Positions 36,585 to 47,916 of a stretch of DNA of 64,000 nt are shown here, one piece after another. This DNA comes from Patescibacteria group bacterium (GTDB taxonomy: Bacteria > Patescibacteriota > Patescibacteriia > UBA10025 > JAHIVO01). The stretch is taken from contig JBMOKY010000001.1 in the NCBI GenBank assembly GCA_049325535.1, positions 221,002-285,001 on the forward strand, read 5' to 3'. Under the pieces are notes generated by a model, which saw nothing but the letters and a program-made list of their open reading frames with translations, searched no databases and was not told where the DNA came from. The translations under genes were made by a program, and so were the position numbers. Within the stretch, counting starts at the first letter, position 1, and each line of letters begins with the position of its first letter.

Positions 36585-36611
36585 TGAAGAGTGAAATTGA
36601 GTATAATTAGC
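36585..36611 (+). promoter_or_regulatory. Sigma70-like promoter for M50 protease gene (divergent from rpmB)
   Basis: TTGAAG, then 17 nt, then TATAAT. Confidence 0.4.
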
Positions 36612-36643
36612 CTACCTAATTTTAAGCCTTTCGTCAAGCCATC

Positions 36644-37267
36644 ATGCTGTTTTCCCTTCTGTCCGAGCCTATGTTGCTTATGGTCTGGGTCGCGGGAATC
36701 GTCTATGCTATCACGATTCACGAATTTTCCCATGCCCTGGCCGGGTATTGGCTCGGGGATATGACCGCGCGTGATCAGAAGCGTCTAACCCTCAATCCCC
36801 TGTCACATATTGATCCATTTGGCTTTATCGTTTTATTGTTGGCTGGTTTTGGTTGGGGGAGACCCGTGCCGTTTAATCCCTATAATCTCCGCTATACCCG
36901 GTGGGGTCCGGTACTCGTGGCAATCGCCGGTCCGATTTCTAACATAGTCAGTTTCCTCATTTTTGGGTTCACCTTGAAATTTTTACTCCAGGCTGGGGTA
37001 ATCGATGAGCAGAATTTATTGACAACCTTTTTTATCGTCCTGCTGAATATCAATCTGGTGTTGGCTGTGTTTAATTTGTTCCCCGTCCCGCCTCTGGACG
37101 GATCAAAACTCATCCGGGCGTTGGCCCCGCCGCGATTTGAGCATGCGGTTTTGACACTTGAGCGATATGGCCCCTGGGTGCTGATCGCCTTTGTCATATT
37201 TGGCGGGAACCTTTTTTCGGGCTTGTTTAGCACGTTATTCAGCTGGTCATTGCGGATTTTTGGGTAA
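36644..37267 (+). CDS. M50-family site-2 protease-like zinc metalloprotease
   Basis: HEFSHAL (HExxH) in a TM helix. Multi-TM, 207 aa. Confidence 0.75.
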   Translation: MLFSLLSEPMLLMVWVAGIVYAITIHEFSHALAGYWLGDMTARDQKRLTLNPLSHIDPFGFIVLLLAGFGWGRPVPFNPYNLRYTRWGPVLVAIAGPISNIVSFLIFGFTLKFLLQAGVIDEQNLLTTFFIVLLNINLVLAVFNLFPVPPLDGSKLIRALAPPRFEHAVLTLERYGPWVLIAFVIFGGNLFSGLFSTLFSWSLRIFG

Positions 37268-37356
37268 TCCGGTAGTATTTGACAGTGAGCGGGGTGGGTG
37301 GTATGATGCCCCTGCCTCGGTATCGAACTAGATACTTTTTTAGTACTCCCATTTTC

Positions 37357-37785
37357 ATGCCAAGCATCACCCAATTGGCCCGAAAGGGCAGAAAAATAAC
37401 GAAAAAGAAGTCAAAAACTCCAGCGTTGGAGCCTGTTTTAAATACTCTGAAGCGCCGCAAAAGCAATCTTCCGAAAAGCTCGCCATTCAAACGGGGCGTG
37501 TGTGTCAAAGTGACCACCGTTACCCCGAAAAAACCAAATTCGGCGCTGCGTAAAATTGCGCGTGTCCGTCTTTCGAATGGTATGGAAGTCACTGCATATA
37601 TTCCCGGTGAAGGGCATAATCTGCAGGAGCATTCTATCGTTTTGATTCGGGGCGGCAGGGTAAAGGATTTACCGGGCGTACGGTACCATATCGTACGTGG
37701 TGTGTATGATACGCAGGGCGTGGCAGACCGCCGGCAGGGACGCAGTCTCTATGGTGCTAAGCAGCCTAAAGCAGCTAAGGAGTAG
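37357..37785 (+). CDS. rpsL: Ribosomal protein uS12
   Basis: [10 protein letters not shown]...[21 protein letters not shown]. Confidence 0.9.
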   Translation: MPSITQLARKGRKITKKKSKTPALEPVLNTLKRRKSNLPKSSPFKRGVCVKVTTVTPKKPNSALRKIARVRLSNGMEVTAYIPGEGHNLQEHSIVLIRGGRVKDLPGVRYHIVRGVYDTQGVADRRQGRSLYGAKQPKAAKE

Positions 37786-37791
37786 CGGTCT

Positions 37792-38259
37792 ATGCGTGGA
37801 AAAGCAGCGCCAAAACGCAAACCAATTGCAGATACTCGATATGAAGATATCGTGATCGGTAAATTTATAAATTTATTGATGCACGAAGGGAAGAAGCTGA
37901 TAGCGGAGCATATCCTATACAGCGCTTTTGCGATTATTGAGGAAAAGACCAAAAAAGACCCTAAACTAATTTTTGATACCGCTCTGAAAAATGTTTCGCC
38001 GGTACTCGAAGTCAAATCTCGCCGGGTGGGTGGGGCCAATTATCAGGTGCCCATCGAGGTGAAAGGTGATCGTAAGATCGCGCTGGCCATGCGCTGGATT
38101 ATAGATGCTACTCGCGCCAAGCGTGGAAAGCCGATGCATGAGAAATTGGCTCAGGAGCTGATGGATGCCGCGGACAAACAGGGCGAAGCCATGAAAAAAC
38201 GAGAGGATGTGCACCGGATGGCCGAGGCCAACCGGGCATTCGCCCATTTTGCCCGATAA
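37792..38259 (+). CDS. rpsG: Ribosomal protein uS7
   Basis: S7 family signature. 155 aa. Confidence 0.9.
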   Translation: MRGKAAPKRKPIADTRYEDIVIGKFINLLMHEGKKLIAEHILYSAFAIIEEKTKKDPKLIFDTALKNVSPVLEVKSRRVGGANYQVPIEVKGDRKIALAMRWIIDATRAKRGKPMHEKLAQELMDAADKQGEAMKKREDVHRMAEANRAFAHFAR

Positions 38260-38288
38260 TATATTGATTATTAAGTGTTTACGACCGA

Positions 38289-40382
38289 ATGCCGCGTGAA
38301 TATTCTTTAGAAAAAACTAGAAATATTGGCATCATTGCACACATTGATGCCGGAAAAACCACCGTCACCGAGCGGGTTCTTTATTATACTGGGAAAAAAC
38401 ATAAAATTGGCGAGGTTCATGAAGGTGCCGCGGAGATGGACTGGATGGAACAGGAGCGCGAACGGGGCATCACCATCACGTCTGCCGCCACCACGTGTTT
38501 CTGGAAAGAGCACCGCATCAATATCATCGATACCCCGGGTCACATCGATTTTACCGTCGAAGTGCAGCGGTCATTACGCGTGCTCGATGGCGGTTTTATC
38601 GTATTTGATGGTGTTGCCGGTGTCGAGCCACAGTCAGAAACGGTTTTTCATCAAGCGGAAAAATTTGGAGTACCGCTGATGGGTTTTGTGAATAAGATGG
38701 ATCGTACCGGAGCTGATTTCTATGCTGACGTAGCCGCTATCAAAGAGCGCCTGACCCCAAATGCCATATCGATTCAATTGCCGATTGGCGCCGAGGCAAA
38801 TTTTAAGGGGATCATTGATCTGATAGAACAGAAAGCTCGGGTGTATTCGGAGTCCGATGAGATGGGCAAAGAATGGGAAGACGTGGAAATACCTGAGGAT
38901 ATGAAGGAAAAAGTAAAGGAACACCGCCACGCGTTGATAGAAAAAATTGCTGAACAGGATGATGCATTACTCGAAAAATATTTAGCTGGTACTGAGCCGA
39001 CGGTTGCGGAGCTGAAAAAAGTGCTGCGGACCGCGACCATCAACAAAAAAATAATGCCGATTTTAGTCGGCTCCGCCCTGAAGAATAAAGGGGTTCAATT
39101 TTTACTTGATGCCGTTATCGATTATCTTCCGTCCCCCTTGGACGTCCCTCCGGTGACCGGAACCAACGAAAATGGTGAACCGGAAACGAGAAAAACCGAA
39201 GACGCCGAGCCATTAGCCGCGCTGGCTTTTAAAGTGGCTACGGATCCGTATGTTGGTACTTTGGCTTTTTTTCGGGTGTATTCCGGCACATTGCAGGCCG
39301 GTTCCTATGTGCTCAATATGACCACCGGGAACAAAGAGCGCGTGGGCCGTTTGGTACGGATGCACGCGAACCATCGAGAAGAAATCCAGGAAGTGTTTGC
39401 TGGCGATATTGCCGCAGCCGTTGGCCTGAAAAAGACTACGACAGGCGATACGCTGTGCGATCCCGAACATCCGGTTGTACTGGAATCAATCGAATTTCCC
39501 GATCCGGTTATTTCCGTGGCTATCGAGCCAAAAACGAAGCAGGATCAGGAAAAAATGGGCATGGCATTACAGAAATTGGCTGAGGAAGATCCTACATTTC
39601 GCGTGCATTCTGACGAAGAAACGAATCAAACCATCATCGAGGGTATGGGCGAATTACATCTGGACATCATCGTGGATCGGATGAAGCGGGAGTTTAAAGT
39701 CGAAGCAAACGTTGGTCGTCCGCAGGTAGCCTATAAAGAGACAATTGCGAAAGCGGCCGAAGCAGAAGGAAAATATATTCGTCAGTCAGGCGGTCGAGGC
39801 CAATATGGCCATTGTGTCATTCGTGTCGAGCCGAAGGAACGGGGCGAAGGATTTGAGTTTGAAAATGAAGTAAAAGGAGGCAATATCCCCGCGGAGTATA
39901 TACCGCCCATCGAGAAGGGCATCAAAGAGGCGCTGGATCGGGGCGTGCTGGCCCACTATCCGATGATCGACCTGAAGGCTACATTGCTTGATGGGAGCTA
40001 TCATGAGGTCGATTCGTCCGAAGCTGCTTTCAAAATCGCCGGTTCCATGGCTCTCCAGGCCGCCGCGCGCAAGGCCGGATTACAGCTTCTGGAGCCAATT
40101 ATGAAAGTAGAGGTAGTGACGCCAGAGCAGTTTATGGGTGATGTGATTGGCGATCTCAATTCGAAGCGGGCAACTATTCAGGAAATGCGTGATCGTGGTA
40201 CCATGAAAGTGATTGACGCAGAGGTGCCGCTGGCCGAAATGTTTGGGTATGCCACCCAACTTCGCTCCATGTCGCAGGGGCGCGCCTCATATTCCATGGA
40301 ATTTGCAAATTATCAGGTAGTGCCGAATAATATCGTCCAGACGATTGTTGGTGATGGGGAAAAGGCGCCAGCCAAAAAATAA
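38289..40382 (+). CDS. fusA: Elongation factor G
   Basis: [10 protein letters not shown]1 motif, DTPGH. 697 aa. Confidence 0.95.
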   Translation: MPREYSLEKTRNIGIIAHIDAGKTTVTERVLYYTGKKHKIGEVHEGAAEMDWMEQERERGITITSAATTCFWKEHRINIIDTPGHIDFTVEVQRSLRVLDGGFIVFDGVAGVEPQSETVFHQAEKFGVPLMGFVNKMDRTGADFYADVAAIKERLTPNAISIQLPIGAEANFKGIIDLIEQKARVYSESDEMGKEWEDVEIPEDMKEKVKEHRHALIEKIAEQDDALLEKYLAGTEPTVAELKKVLRTATINKKIMPILVGSALKNKGVQFLLDAVIDYLPSPLDVPPVTGTNENGEPETRKTEDAEPLAALAFKVATDPYVGTLAFFRVYSGTLQAGSYVLNMTTGNKERVGRLVRMHANHREEIQEVFAGDIAAAVGLKKTTTGDTLCDPEHPVVLESIEFPDPVISVAIEPKTKQDQEKMGMALQKLAEEDPTFRVHSDEETNQTIIEGMGELHLDIIVDRMKREFKVEANVGRPQVAYKETIAKAAEAEGKYIRQSGGRGQYGHCVIRVEPKERGEGFEFENEVKGGNIPAEYIPPIEKGIKEALDRGVLAHYPMIDLKATLLDGSYHEVDSSEAAFKIAGSMALQAAARKAGLQLLEPIMKVEVVTPEQFMGDVIGDLNSKRATIQEMRDRGTMKVIDAEVPLAEMFGYATQLRSMSQGRASYSMEFANYQVVPNNIVQTIVGDGEKAPAKK

Positions 40383-40397
40383 CCATACCGCTTCATT

Positions 40398-40934
40398 ATG
40401 GCGGAGGTACGATCAAAGAAAATGCAAGTTTGGAGCAGCGTAGTGCTGCTCGTCGTGGTCGGATTCTTGCTGGGCGTGTATTTTCTCTGGATGGCACAGC
40501 GTGATGATCCTGAACCCGCCATCCTGACCAGCCCAAATGCGACTCAGTCGGAGATGGACGTGATATATAAGACCTTTGCCAATGAAGAATATGGATTTCG
40601 GGTGCAGTATCCCCAGGATTGGTTAGTTGAGGAGTCTACCTCAGGAACCGGGTCGGGAAGCATCTATTCAGTTCAACTGCGAGGTGATTCCTACGGGATT
40701 ACCATCAGTGTCATGCCTGAGACGCTGGAATCGATCGTGCGCAATTCGATTTCCATACAGCAGGAAACCCAGATTGATGTGCACGGCCGTACCGGAACGC
40801 GACTGACCGGGACTGACGCACATGACGGATCGCCGTACTCGGTGGTGCTGATTCGGCGGGATGAAACCCTCTTTGCCATAAGCGGTGGTGGACAGATGTT
40901 CGATGAGGTTGTAAACTATTTTGAACTTATCTAG
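40398..40934 (+). CDS. Membrane-anchored/secreted hypothetical protein inserted between fusA and tuf
   Basis: N-terminal TM/signal anchor VWSSVVLLVVVGFLLGVYFLWMA, then a soluble domain of unknown function. Confidence 0.5.
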   Translation: MAEVRSKKMQVWSSVVLLVVVGFLLGVYFLWMAQRDDPEPAILTSPNATQSEMDVIYKTFANEEYGFRVQYPQDWLVEESTSGTGSGSIYSVQLRGDSYGITISVMPETLESIVRNSISIQQETQIDVHGRTGTRLTGTDAHDGSPYSVVLIRRDETLFAISGGGQMFDEVVNYFELI

Positions 40935-41077
40935 CTATCCACACCACTTGGGGATAAGACGGACGTTTGCTCATCATCATATTTATTCCCAGAATTATTT
41001 TTTCGCTAACTTTAGCGAAAATAAAACCCTGCTCCTTACATTTCGGGGAAATATGATGATGATTAAGCGCCTGAATC

Positions 41078-41106
41078 TTGATTCGACTTGACAAGGCTGC
41101 TATAAT
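41078..41106 (+). promoter_or_regulatory. Sigma70-like promoter upstream of tuf
   Basis: TTGATT at 41078-41083, 17-nt spacer, TATAAT at 41101-41106. Confidence 0.45.
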
Positions 41107-41168
41107 CGATAATGCTATTTACTCACATAGTTTAATTATTTAGTTCAAAATTTAAGGAAACGATTTGT

Positions 41169-42353
41169 ATGGCAGAAAAATTTGACCGCTCTAAACCACA
41201 CGTTAACGTTGGCACCATTGGTCATGTCGATCACGGTAAAACCACGTTGACCGCGGCAATACTGAAAACCCTCGCAGATAAGGGTATGATTGCCCAGGCA
41301 AAATCAGTGGATCAGATCGACAATGCTCCGGAAGAAAAAGAGCGTGGAATCACCATCGCTACTGCACACGTCGAATATCAAACTGACAAACGGCACTATG
41401 CCCACATTGACTGTCCGGGTCATGCCGATTATGTAAAAAACATGATTACCGGCGCTGCTCAGATGGACGGTGCCATTCTCGTCGTATCTGCTGCAGACGG
41501 CCCCATGCCCCAGACGCGCGAGCATATTTTGCTGGCTCGTCAGGTCGGTGTGCCGTATATTGTCGTATTCCTGAACAAGGTAGATATGGTAGATGATCAG
41601 GAGCTGATTGACCTCGTTGAAGTTGAAGTACGCGATTTATTGAAGAAATACGAGTTCCCTGGTGATGAAGTCCCGGTGATCAAAGGTTCAGCCCTCAAGG
41701 CGCTCGAAGGTGATGCAAAAGCGCAGGAAGCAATCATGGAATTGATGAAAGCGCTTGATGAAAAAGTTCCTGAACCCGTTCGTGACGTGGAAAAACCATT
41801 TCTGATGCCTATTGAAGACATTTTCTCGATTGAGGGTCGCGGCACAGTCGTCACTGGCCGTGTAGAACGCGGTATGGCTAAGGTAAATGAAGAAGTCGAG
41901 ATTGTCGGTATGCGCGAAACCAGCAAAACGGTTATTACGGGTATCGAAATGTTTAACAAAGAACTAGATGAAGCGCGGGCAGGTGATAATGCTGGTATTT
42001 TACTGCGTGGGACGAAAAAGGAAGATGTCGAACGCGGACAGGTGCTGTCAAAGCCGGGTACGGTAACACCCCATACTGAATTTGAATGTGAAGTCATCAT
42101 TTTGACCAAGGAGGAAGGTGGTCGTCACACCCCGTTTTTCAAAGGCTACAAACCGCAATTCTATATTCGAACCACGGATGTGACGGGTGAGGTGATTTTG
42201 CCGGAAGGTACCGAAATGGTCATGCCAGGCGACACTATCAAATTATCAGTGAAACTTATTGTGCCGGTCGCACTCGAAGAACAGCAGCGCTTTGCCATCC
42301 GTGAAGGTGGCCATACTGTCGGCGCAGGTGTCGTGACCAAGATAAGCAAGTAA
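41169..42353 (+). CDS. tuf: Elongation factor Tu
   Basis: [22 protein letters not shown]. 394 aa. Confidence 0.95.
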   Translation: MAEKFDRSKPHVNVGTIGHVDHGKTTLTAAILKTLADKGMIAQAKSVDQIDNAPEEKERGITIATAHVEYQTDKRHYAHIDCPGHADYVKNMITGAAQMDGAILVVSAADGPMPQTREHILLARQVGVPYIVVFLNKVDMVDDQELIDLVEVEVRDLLKKYEFPGDEVPVIKGSALKALEGDAKAQEAIMELMKALDEKVPEPVRDVEKPFLMPIEDIFSIEGRGTVVTGRVERGMAKVNEEVEIVGMRETSKTVITGIEMFNKELDEARAGDNAGILLRGTKKEDVERGQVLSKPGTVTPHTEFECEVIILTKEEGGRHTPFFKGYKPQFYIRTTDVTGEVILPEGTEMVMPGDTIKLSVKLIVPVALEEQQRFAIREGGHTVGAGVVTKISK

Positions 42354-42429
42354 ATCATGAGGAAATTCCAGCTCAGTCTGGAATTTTCTTGCAATCTAGC
42401 GCTCATTTGCTGATCGTTCAACAATACAC

Positions 42430-42774
42430 ATGACAACAGACCAACAAGTAACTCCAAAAGAAAACGAAGAAATCCAGCGTGTTCGTATTCGTATCCGCGC
42501 TTATGATCACAAAATCATCGATCAGTCGACGAGGACGATTCTGGACACGGCACAACGCTCAGGCGCGATGACCAAGGGTCCCATCCCCCTACCGACGGAA
42601 AAGAAAAAATACACGGTCAACAAATCGACATTTGTCCATAAAGATTCACGGGAACAGTATGAGATGCGGATTCACAAGCGCTTGATTGACATCATCAATC
42701 CGACTCCAAAAACTATTGACGCCATGATGAACCTGAATCTGCCTGCGGGCGTCGATGTCGAGATCAAAATGTAA
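42430..42774 (+). CDS. rpsJ: Ribosomal protein uS10
   Basis: [15 protein letters not shown]...GPIPLPT. Confidence 0.9.
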   Translation: MTTDQQVTPKENEEIQRVRIRIRAYDHKIIDQSTRTILDTAQRSGAMTKGPIPLPTEKKKYTVNKSTFVHKDSREQYEMRIHKRLIDIINPTPKTIDAMMNLNLPAGVDVEIKM

Positions 42775-42919
42775 TGCGGGTTTGATCCGCAAAAAATAAA
42801 AGCAGTGAATAGGTTCTAAGGATGATAATACCTGCTCATCGGATGTGCTAATCCTTAGATAACGATTTGCTAGTAGTGAAGCCGGTTAAGCCGTCTACAA
42901 CTCTGGCAAAAGGAGAAAA

Positions 42920-43702
42920 GTGACTAACCGGTTTTTAGTTACGTCAGCCACATACATGAAATTTATTCTCGCAAAAAAAATTGAAATGACCCAGCGCTTT
43001 GCCGAAGACGGAGCAGTTACTCCAGTGACGGTCGTCGAGGCTGGCCCGTGCGTGGTGACCCAGGTGCGTTCTGCTGAGCAGGATGGGTATACTGCCATCC
43101 AAGTAGGATTTGGTGAACGAAAGCATCTGGCGAAACCCCAGCGTGGCCACGCAAAAGATTTAGGTGCTCCGCGGTTTGTGCGTGAATTCCGCGTGGCTGA
43201 TGCCGGTGCAGTCAAGCGCGGAGATCGGATTACCGTCCAGGCATTTACGGCGGGGGATATCGTGCAGGTGGTCGGGGTATCAAAAGGAAAAGGATATCAA
43301 GGTGTCGTGAGACGGCATGGATTCGGTGGTTCAAAGGCAACTCATGGCAATAAAGATCAGCTGCGGACATCGGGATCCATCGGTGCAACCGATGCCGCCC
43401 GCGTATTTAAAGGCCGGCGGATGGCCGGGCACATGGGTACTGATCGGGTCACCATAAAAAATCTTTCCATTATTGATATTGATACGGAACATAATTTACT
43501 CTATGTCAAAGGCGCAGTACCGGGTGCCCGCAATGGTCTATTACTGATTTCCGGTGATGGCGAATTGGTTATCGAAACCCCGGTGACCGAACAGAAACCG
43601 ACCAGTGAAGCATCTGTTCCGGTGGCTCCCGCAGTAGAAACCGCCGCCACTCAATCCGAGGTGCCCGCAACGCCCGAGGAGAACAAACCAACTACAAAAT
43701 AG
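42920..43702 (+). CDS. rplC: Ribosomal protein uL3 (GTG start with AAGGAG SD; alternative ATG 42956) with Pro/Thr-rich C-terminal tail
   Basis: KIEMTQRFAEDGAVTPVTVVE and GKGYQGVVRRHGFGG. Confidence 0.8.
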   Translation: MTNRFLVTSATYMKFILAKKIEMTQRFAEDGAVTPVTVVEAGPCVVTQVRSAEQDGYTAIQVGFGERKHLAKPQRGHAKDLGAPRFVREFRVADAGAVKRGDRITVQAFTAGDIVQVVGVSKGKGYQGVVRRHGFGGSKATHGNKDQLRTSGSIGATDAARVFKGRRMAGHMGTDRVTIKNLSIIDIDTEHNLLYVKGAVPGARNGLLLISGDGELVIETPVTEQKPTSEASVPVAPAVETAATQSEVPATPEENKPTTK

Positions 43703-43703
43703 T

Positions 43704-44333
43704 ATGCATACCGTCCCTGTCTACAATCAAACCGGAAGCAAAGTCGGCGATGTAACACTTGAGGATACGTTGTTTAATGTGAAGGTGAAACCGCTGGTGG
43801 TACAGCAGGCCATTCGCACCATTCAGGCAAACCGGAGACAGCCGATCGCCCATACCAAGGATCGCTCTGACGTACGCGGGGGTGGTAAGAAACCATGGCG
43901 TCAGAAGGGGACCGGCCGTGCTCGTCACGGATCCAGCCGTTCACCGCTATGGATTGGTGGCGGAGTCACATTTGGCCCGACGAAAGAGCGTAATTTCAGT
44001 CTGAAGATGAACCGGAAGGCAAAGCGAGCGGCATTATTCATGGGCTTGACTGATAAAGCCCAGGACAAGAAAATCGTGGTATTGGATACGCTTTCACTGC
44101 CATCGATAAAGACTAAAATGCTTGCTGATATGCTGAAGAAGCTGCCGGTGAAAAAAACAGTGCTATTGATTTTACCTAGTGTGGATCAGGCAGTTATCAA
44201 ATCAGCACGTAATATTCCCAGTCTGACTACTATCCAGGCGTCCAGCCTGAATATCGAAGCTATATTGAAGCATGAGTATATGCTGCTTCCGCAAGCGAGT
44301 TTAGATACCCTGAAGAAAACTTTTTTGAAATAA
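43704..44333 (+). CDS. rplD: Ribosomal protein uL4
   Basis: L4 family signature. 209 aa. Confidence 0.9.
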   Translation: MHTVPVYNQTGSKVGDVTLEDTLFNVKVKPLVVQQAIRTIQANRRQPIAHTKDRSDVRGGGKKPWRQKGTGRARHGSSRSPLWIGGGVTFGPTKERNFSLKMNRKAKRAALFMGLTDKAQDKKIVVLDTLSLPSIKTKMLADMLKKLPVKKTVLLILPSVDQAVIKSARNIPSLTTIQASSLNIEAILKHEYMLLPQASLDTLKKTFLK

Positions 44334-44334
44334 C

Positions 44335-44835
44335 ATGAGCCTGCTCGATTCATTCAAACGAAAGAAAAAGGACGTTGCCTCTGCGAAATCAGGCACGGAA
44401 AAGGCTGCTCCGGAAAAAACGGAAACAATTCGGGAAACGGTGGTCACCCCCGAGGGGAAGATGGTTGCAGTGGAAAAAAAAGTAACCGCAAAATCCGCCA
44501 AGGAAAAGGAAAAGGAAAAGAAAACCGGTAAGCCGAAAAAAGAAAATACCGCCCAGGCGTATCACGTGCTACTGCATCCGCTCGTTTCGGAGAAAGGGTC
44601 GTTTCTGGCTATGTATAATCAATACGCTTTTGCGGTCCACCCTGACACGAATAAGATCGAAATTCGTAAAGCCATCAAGGCGGTCTATGGGGTCGATCCG
44701 ACCGACGTCAATATCATGAATGTGTCAGGCAAGTGGATACGGTATGGTCGAAATGAAGGGCGCACGAAAAATTGGAAAAAGGCGATTGTTACCCTGCCCG
44801 AGGGCCAAAAGATTGATATTCAAGAAGGATTATAA
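44335..44835 (+). CDS. rplW: Ribosomal protein uL23 with ~65-aa Lys-rich N-terminal extension
   Basis: AYHVLLHPLVSEKGSFLA...IRKAIKAVYGVDPTDVNIMNV. Confidence 0.85.
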   Translation: MSLLDSFKRKKKDVASAKSGTEKAAPEKTETIRETVVTPEGKMVAVEKKVTAKSAKEKEKEKKTGKPKKENTAQAYHVLLHPLVSEKGSFLAMYNQYAFAVHPDTNKIEIRKAIKAVYGVDPTDVNIMNVSGKWIRYGRNEGRTKNWKKAIVTLPEGQKIDIQEGL

Positions 44836-44841
44836 AATTCC

Positions 44842-45675
44842 ATGGCAATCAAGCAATACAAACCAACTACCCCCGGACGACGTTTTGCATCAGTTGTCGA
44901 CTATAGCGAATTGACTGACAAACGGCCGGAACGCAGTTTGATCAAGCCGCGTAAACGATTTGGCGGCCGGAATGCGTCGGGTAAAATTACCGTGCGGCAC
45001 AAGGGTGGCGGGCACAAGCGTTTTTACCGAATGATTGACAGCTTTCGTGAGCGTTTTGATCAACCGGCGCAGGTCATTGCTGTCGAGTATGATCCGAATC
45101 GTACCGCGTGGATTGCATTGGTGCAGTACACCGATGGTGAAAAGCGGTACATCGTCGCTCCGGCAGGATTGAAAGTTGGCGATGTCGTCATTTCGTCGAT
45201 TACTGAAGCGGAAATAAAGACCGGTAATCGACTGCCCTTGCACAAAATCCCAGTCGGTGTCATGGTACACGATATTCAGATGAAACCTGGCGCACGCGGC
45301 ACGGTGGTGCGGTCAGCCGGCTCCAGCGCGTTGATCCAATCTGTCGAAGGACCTCATGCCCAAGTCAAATTGCCTTCCGGTGAAATTAAGCTTTTTAGCC
45401 GGGATTGTATGGCCACTATTGGTCAGGTATCAAATATCGACCATGGGAATGTTCGGGTCGGCAAGGCTGGCAAAAAGCGATGGAAAGGCATCAGACCGAC
45501 TGTTACCGGTAAATCAATGAATCCAGTTGATCATCCGCATGGTGGTGGTGAAGGGCATACACCTATCGGCTTGAAGCACCCGAAGACAAAATGGGGCAAA
45601 CCCGCCATTGGTGTACGCACCCGTCGGGCTCATCGCCGATCCGATCGATTTATAATTAAGCGCCGTCGCGCATAA
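44842..45675 (+). CDS. rplB: Ribosomal protein uL2
   Basis: NPVDHPHGGGEG. Confidence 0.95.
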   Translation: MAIKQYKPTTPGRRFASVVDYSELTDKRPERSLIKPRKRFGGRNASGKITVRHKGGGHKRFYRMIDSFRERFDQPAQVIAVEYDPNRTAWIALVQYTDGEKRYIVAPAGLKVGDVVISSITEAEIKTGNRLPLHKIPVGVMVHDIQMKPGARGTVVRSAGSSALIQSVEGPHAQVKLPSGEIKLFSRDCMATIGQVSNIDHGNVRVGKAGKKRWKGIRPTVTGKSMNPVDHPHGGGEGHTPIGLKHPKTKWGKPAIGVRTRRAHRRSDRFIIKRRRA

Positions 45676-45687
45676 TCGCCTGACGTT

Positions 45688-46026
45688 ATGTCACGAAGTC
45701 TCAAAAAAGGACCTTTTACTGATCCGAAGCTCCTGAAGAAAATGGAGAAGATTAAAGCCGGCGATCATACGGTGATAAAAACATGGTCGCGCTCCTCAGT
45801 CATCACTCCGGAAATGGTTGGTTTCACGTTCGGAGTACATAATGGCCGCGAACATATTGCTGTCACGGTGGTCGAGGATATGGTGGGTCATAAACTCGGT
45901 GAGTTTTCACCAACACGAAAATTTGTCACTCATGGCGGTCGGATGCAGAAAGAGCAGGAAGCTGCGGCTGCCGAGGCTCAGAAGAAACAGGTGACAAGCG
46001 CACAGGAAAAAGTAGCCGGTAAATAA
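45688..46026 (+). CDS. rpsS: Ribosomal protein uS19 (C-terminal extension)
   Basis: [12 protein letters not shown]...[13 protein letters not shown]. Confidence 0.9.
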   Translation: MSRSLKKGPFTDPKLLKKMEKIKAGDHTVIKTWSRSSVITPEMVGFTFGVHNGREHIAVTVVEDMVGHKLGEFSPTRKFVTHGGRMQKEQEAAAAEAQKKQVTSAQEKVAGK

Positions 46027-46034
46027 TTATATCC

Positions 46035-46592
46035 ATGGAAGTTTCAGCCACATTACGATATTTACGCATGTCACCACGGAAAGTCCGTGTGGTGGCGGAT
46101 GCTATTCGGCGCATGCGCGCTGTTGATGCGGAATACCAGCTGCAGTTCATGTCCCGTGATGCGTCGGAACCGATGCTGAAATTGCTGCGTTCCGCCATCG
46201 CCAATGCGGAAAATAATAATGAATTGAAAAAAGAGAATTTATTTGTACGGAGCGTATTTGTCAATCAAGGACCGACACTGAAGCGCTTTCGCGCGCGGGC
46301 ATTTGGCCGGGCAGCGGAGATTCGCAAACGATCATCTCATATCACCATCGTGCTGGATGAACTGAAGCCGTCCAAACAACCTTCAGCACTGAAGAAATCA
46401 GCCACGGTGTCCAAATCGAAGAAGAAGTCTACCGAAGCACGACCGGTGGTCGATTATAAAGATATAAAACGTGAAGCCAAGGGTCCGGAACAGAAACGGG
46501 AGGGCGGGGAAGTCAGTGAACCACAGGCCAAACAGCATCAGACGAAAGCGGCCGGAAAAGAAACATTTAGCCGAAGATTAGGAGATAGTTAA
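46035..46592 (+). CDS. rplV: Ribosomal protein uL22 (Lys-rich C-terminal extension)
   Basis: L22 family signature. 185 aa. Confidence 0.85.
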   Translation: MEVSATLRYLRMSPRKVRVVADAIRRMRAVDAEYQLQFMSRDASEPMLKLLRSAIANAENNNELKKENLFVRSVFVNQGPTLKRFRARAFGRAAEIRKRSSHITIVLDELKPSKQPSALKKSATVSKSKKKSTEARPVVDYKDIKREAKGPEQKREGGEVSEPQAKQHQTKAAGKETFSRRLGDS

Positions 46593-46598
46593 AATAGT

Positions 46599-47258
46599 AT
46601 GGGACATAAAGTACATCCACGAGCATTTCGAATCGGAGTCCTGCATGGCTGGAAGTCTAAGTGGTTTGCCCGCAAAGACTACGCGTTACTGCTCGAACAG
46701 GACATAAAAATCCGCAAATTTCTACTGAAAAAGTTGCGGGAAGCCGGCATAGGCAATATCACCATCGAGCGTTCTGCCAGTGGTATCACGGTCAATGTGT
46801 TTACATCAAAGCCGGGAATCGTCATCGGTCGTGGGGGGACAGGGGCTGAAGAACTGAAAAAAGAGCTGCAGAAGAAATTTCTCGATAAAAAGACGAAAAT
46901 AGCGCTGAATATTCATGAAGTGACACAGCCGTTCCTCAATTCTCAATTAGTTGCTTATTCCATCATTGAGCAGCTGGAAAAACGCATTCCTTTTCGACGC
47001 GCCGCCAAACGTTCTATTGAGCAGGTGATGCAGGCTGGGGCGCGTGGCGTAAAGATTATTATTTCTGGCCGGCTCAATGGAGCGGAGATTGCACGCACAG
47101 AAAAGTTTTCTGAAGGTTCGGTCCCGTTGCACACTTTGCGCGCTGACATCGATTTCGGCCGCGGCGCAGCTCATACGACGTATGGCATGATTGGAGTCAA
47201 GGTGTGGATTTATAAAGGGGAAGTATTTGAAAAAGATACTAACGAAGAAAACGTTTAA
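46599..47258 (+). CDS. rpsC: Ribosomal protein uS3
   Basis: [14 protein letters not shown] plus a KH domain. Confidence 0.9.
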   Translation: MGHKVHPRAFRIGVLHGWKSKWFARKDYALLLEQDIKIRKFLLKKLREAGIGNITIERSASGITVNVFTSKPGIVIGRGGTGAEELKKELQKKFLDKKTKIALNIHEVTQPFLNSQLVAYSIIEQLEKRIPFRRAAKRSIEQVMQAGARGVKIIISGRLNGAEIARTEKFSEGSVPLHTLRADIDFGRGAAHTTYGMIGVKVWIYKGEVFEKDTNEENV

Positions 47259-47260
47259 GT

Positions 47261-47668
47261 ATGTTGGTTCCGAAAAAAGTTAAACATCGAAAATGGCACA
47301 AAGGCCGCATGCGTGGTCGGGCAATGGCGATGAATACCATCGATTTTGGGAGCTATGGCCTCAAATCCATGGATCGCGGTTGGATCAGCTCACGACAGAT
47401 CGAGGCAGCCCGTCGCGCCATGACTCGCTACATCCAGAAGGGCGGTAAAATATGGATTCGGATCTTCCCTGATAAGCCAATAACGACGCACGGCTCTGAA
47501 GTGCCGATGGGTGGCGGCAAGGGAAGCGTCGATCATTATGTTGCTGTGGTCAAACCGGGTACGGTCATGTTTGAGATGGATGGCGTGCCGCACAATACCG
47601 CCAAGGAAGCATTTCGGTTGGCAGCTCATAAGCTCTCGGTTCGCACCCAATTTATTTCAAAAATGTAA
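47261..47668 (+). CDS. rplP: Ribosomal protein uL16
   Basis: [19 protein letters not shown]. Confidence 0.9.
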   Translation: MLVPKKVKHRKWHKGRMRGRAMAMNTIDFGSYGLKSMDRGWISSRQIEAARRAMTRYIQKGGKIWIRIFPDKPITTHGSEVPMGGGKGSVDHYVAVVKPGTVMFEMDGVPHNTAKEAFRLAAHKLSVRTQFISKM

Positions 47669-47671
47669 GCC

Positions 47672-47914
47672 ATGGAAATTGCTGAATTACGAAAAAAGAA
47701 TGAGGCAGAATTACTAAAACTGCTGGCACACCAGCGGGAAGTGTTTCGTGATACGCGGTTTAAGGTTACTGCCAAGCAGTATAAAGATGTCCGCGATCTC
47801 CGATCGGTCAAAAAAGACATCGCTCGCATTCTGACGGTATTGAAGGAAAAACGTGTACTTCGCGAATATGAGAGCCGCACCAGCCGAAAATTAACTACTC
47901 AGCAGCCTACATAA
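47672..47914 (+). CDS. rpmC: Ribosomal protein uL29
   Basis: L29 family signature. 80 aa. Confidence 0.85.
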   Translation: MEIAELRKKNEAELLKLLAHQREVFRDTRFKVTAKQYKDVRDLRSVKKDIARILTVLKEKRVLREYESRTSRKLTTQQPT

Positions 47915-47916
47915 TT

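Noticed and set aside
41597-42109. 170-aa minus-strand ORF
   Set aside because: Antisense inside tuf. The Ser/Thr-rich translation is typical of an EF-Tu antisense frame.
42776-42794. Hairpin tgcgg gtttgat ccgca after rpsJ, as a possible terminator
   Set aside because: It is followed by an A-tract rather than a U-tract on the + strand, and has T-tracts only 5' of the stem on the minus strand, so it is not a canonical intrinsic terminator.
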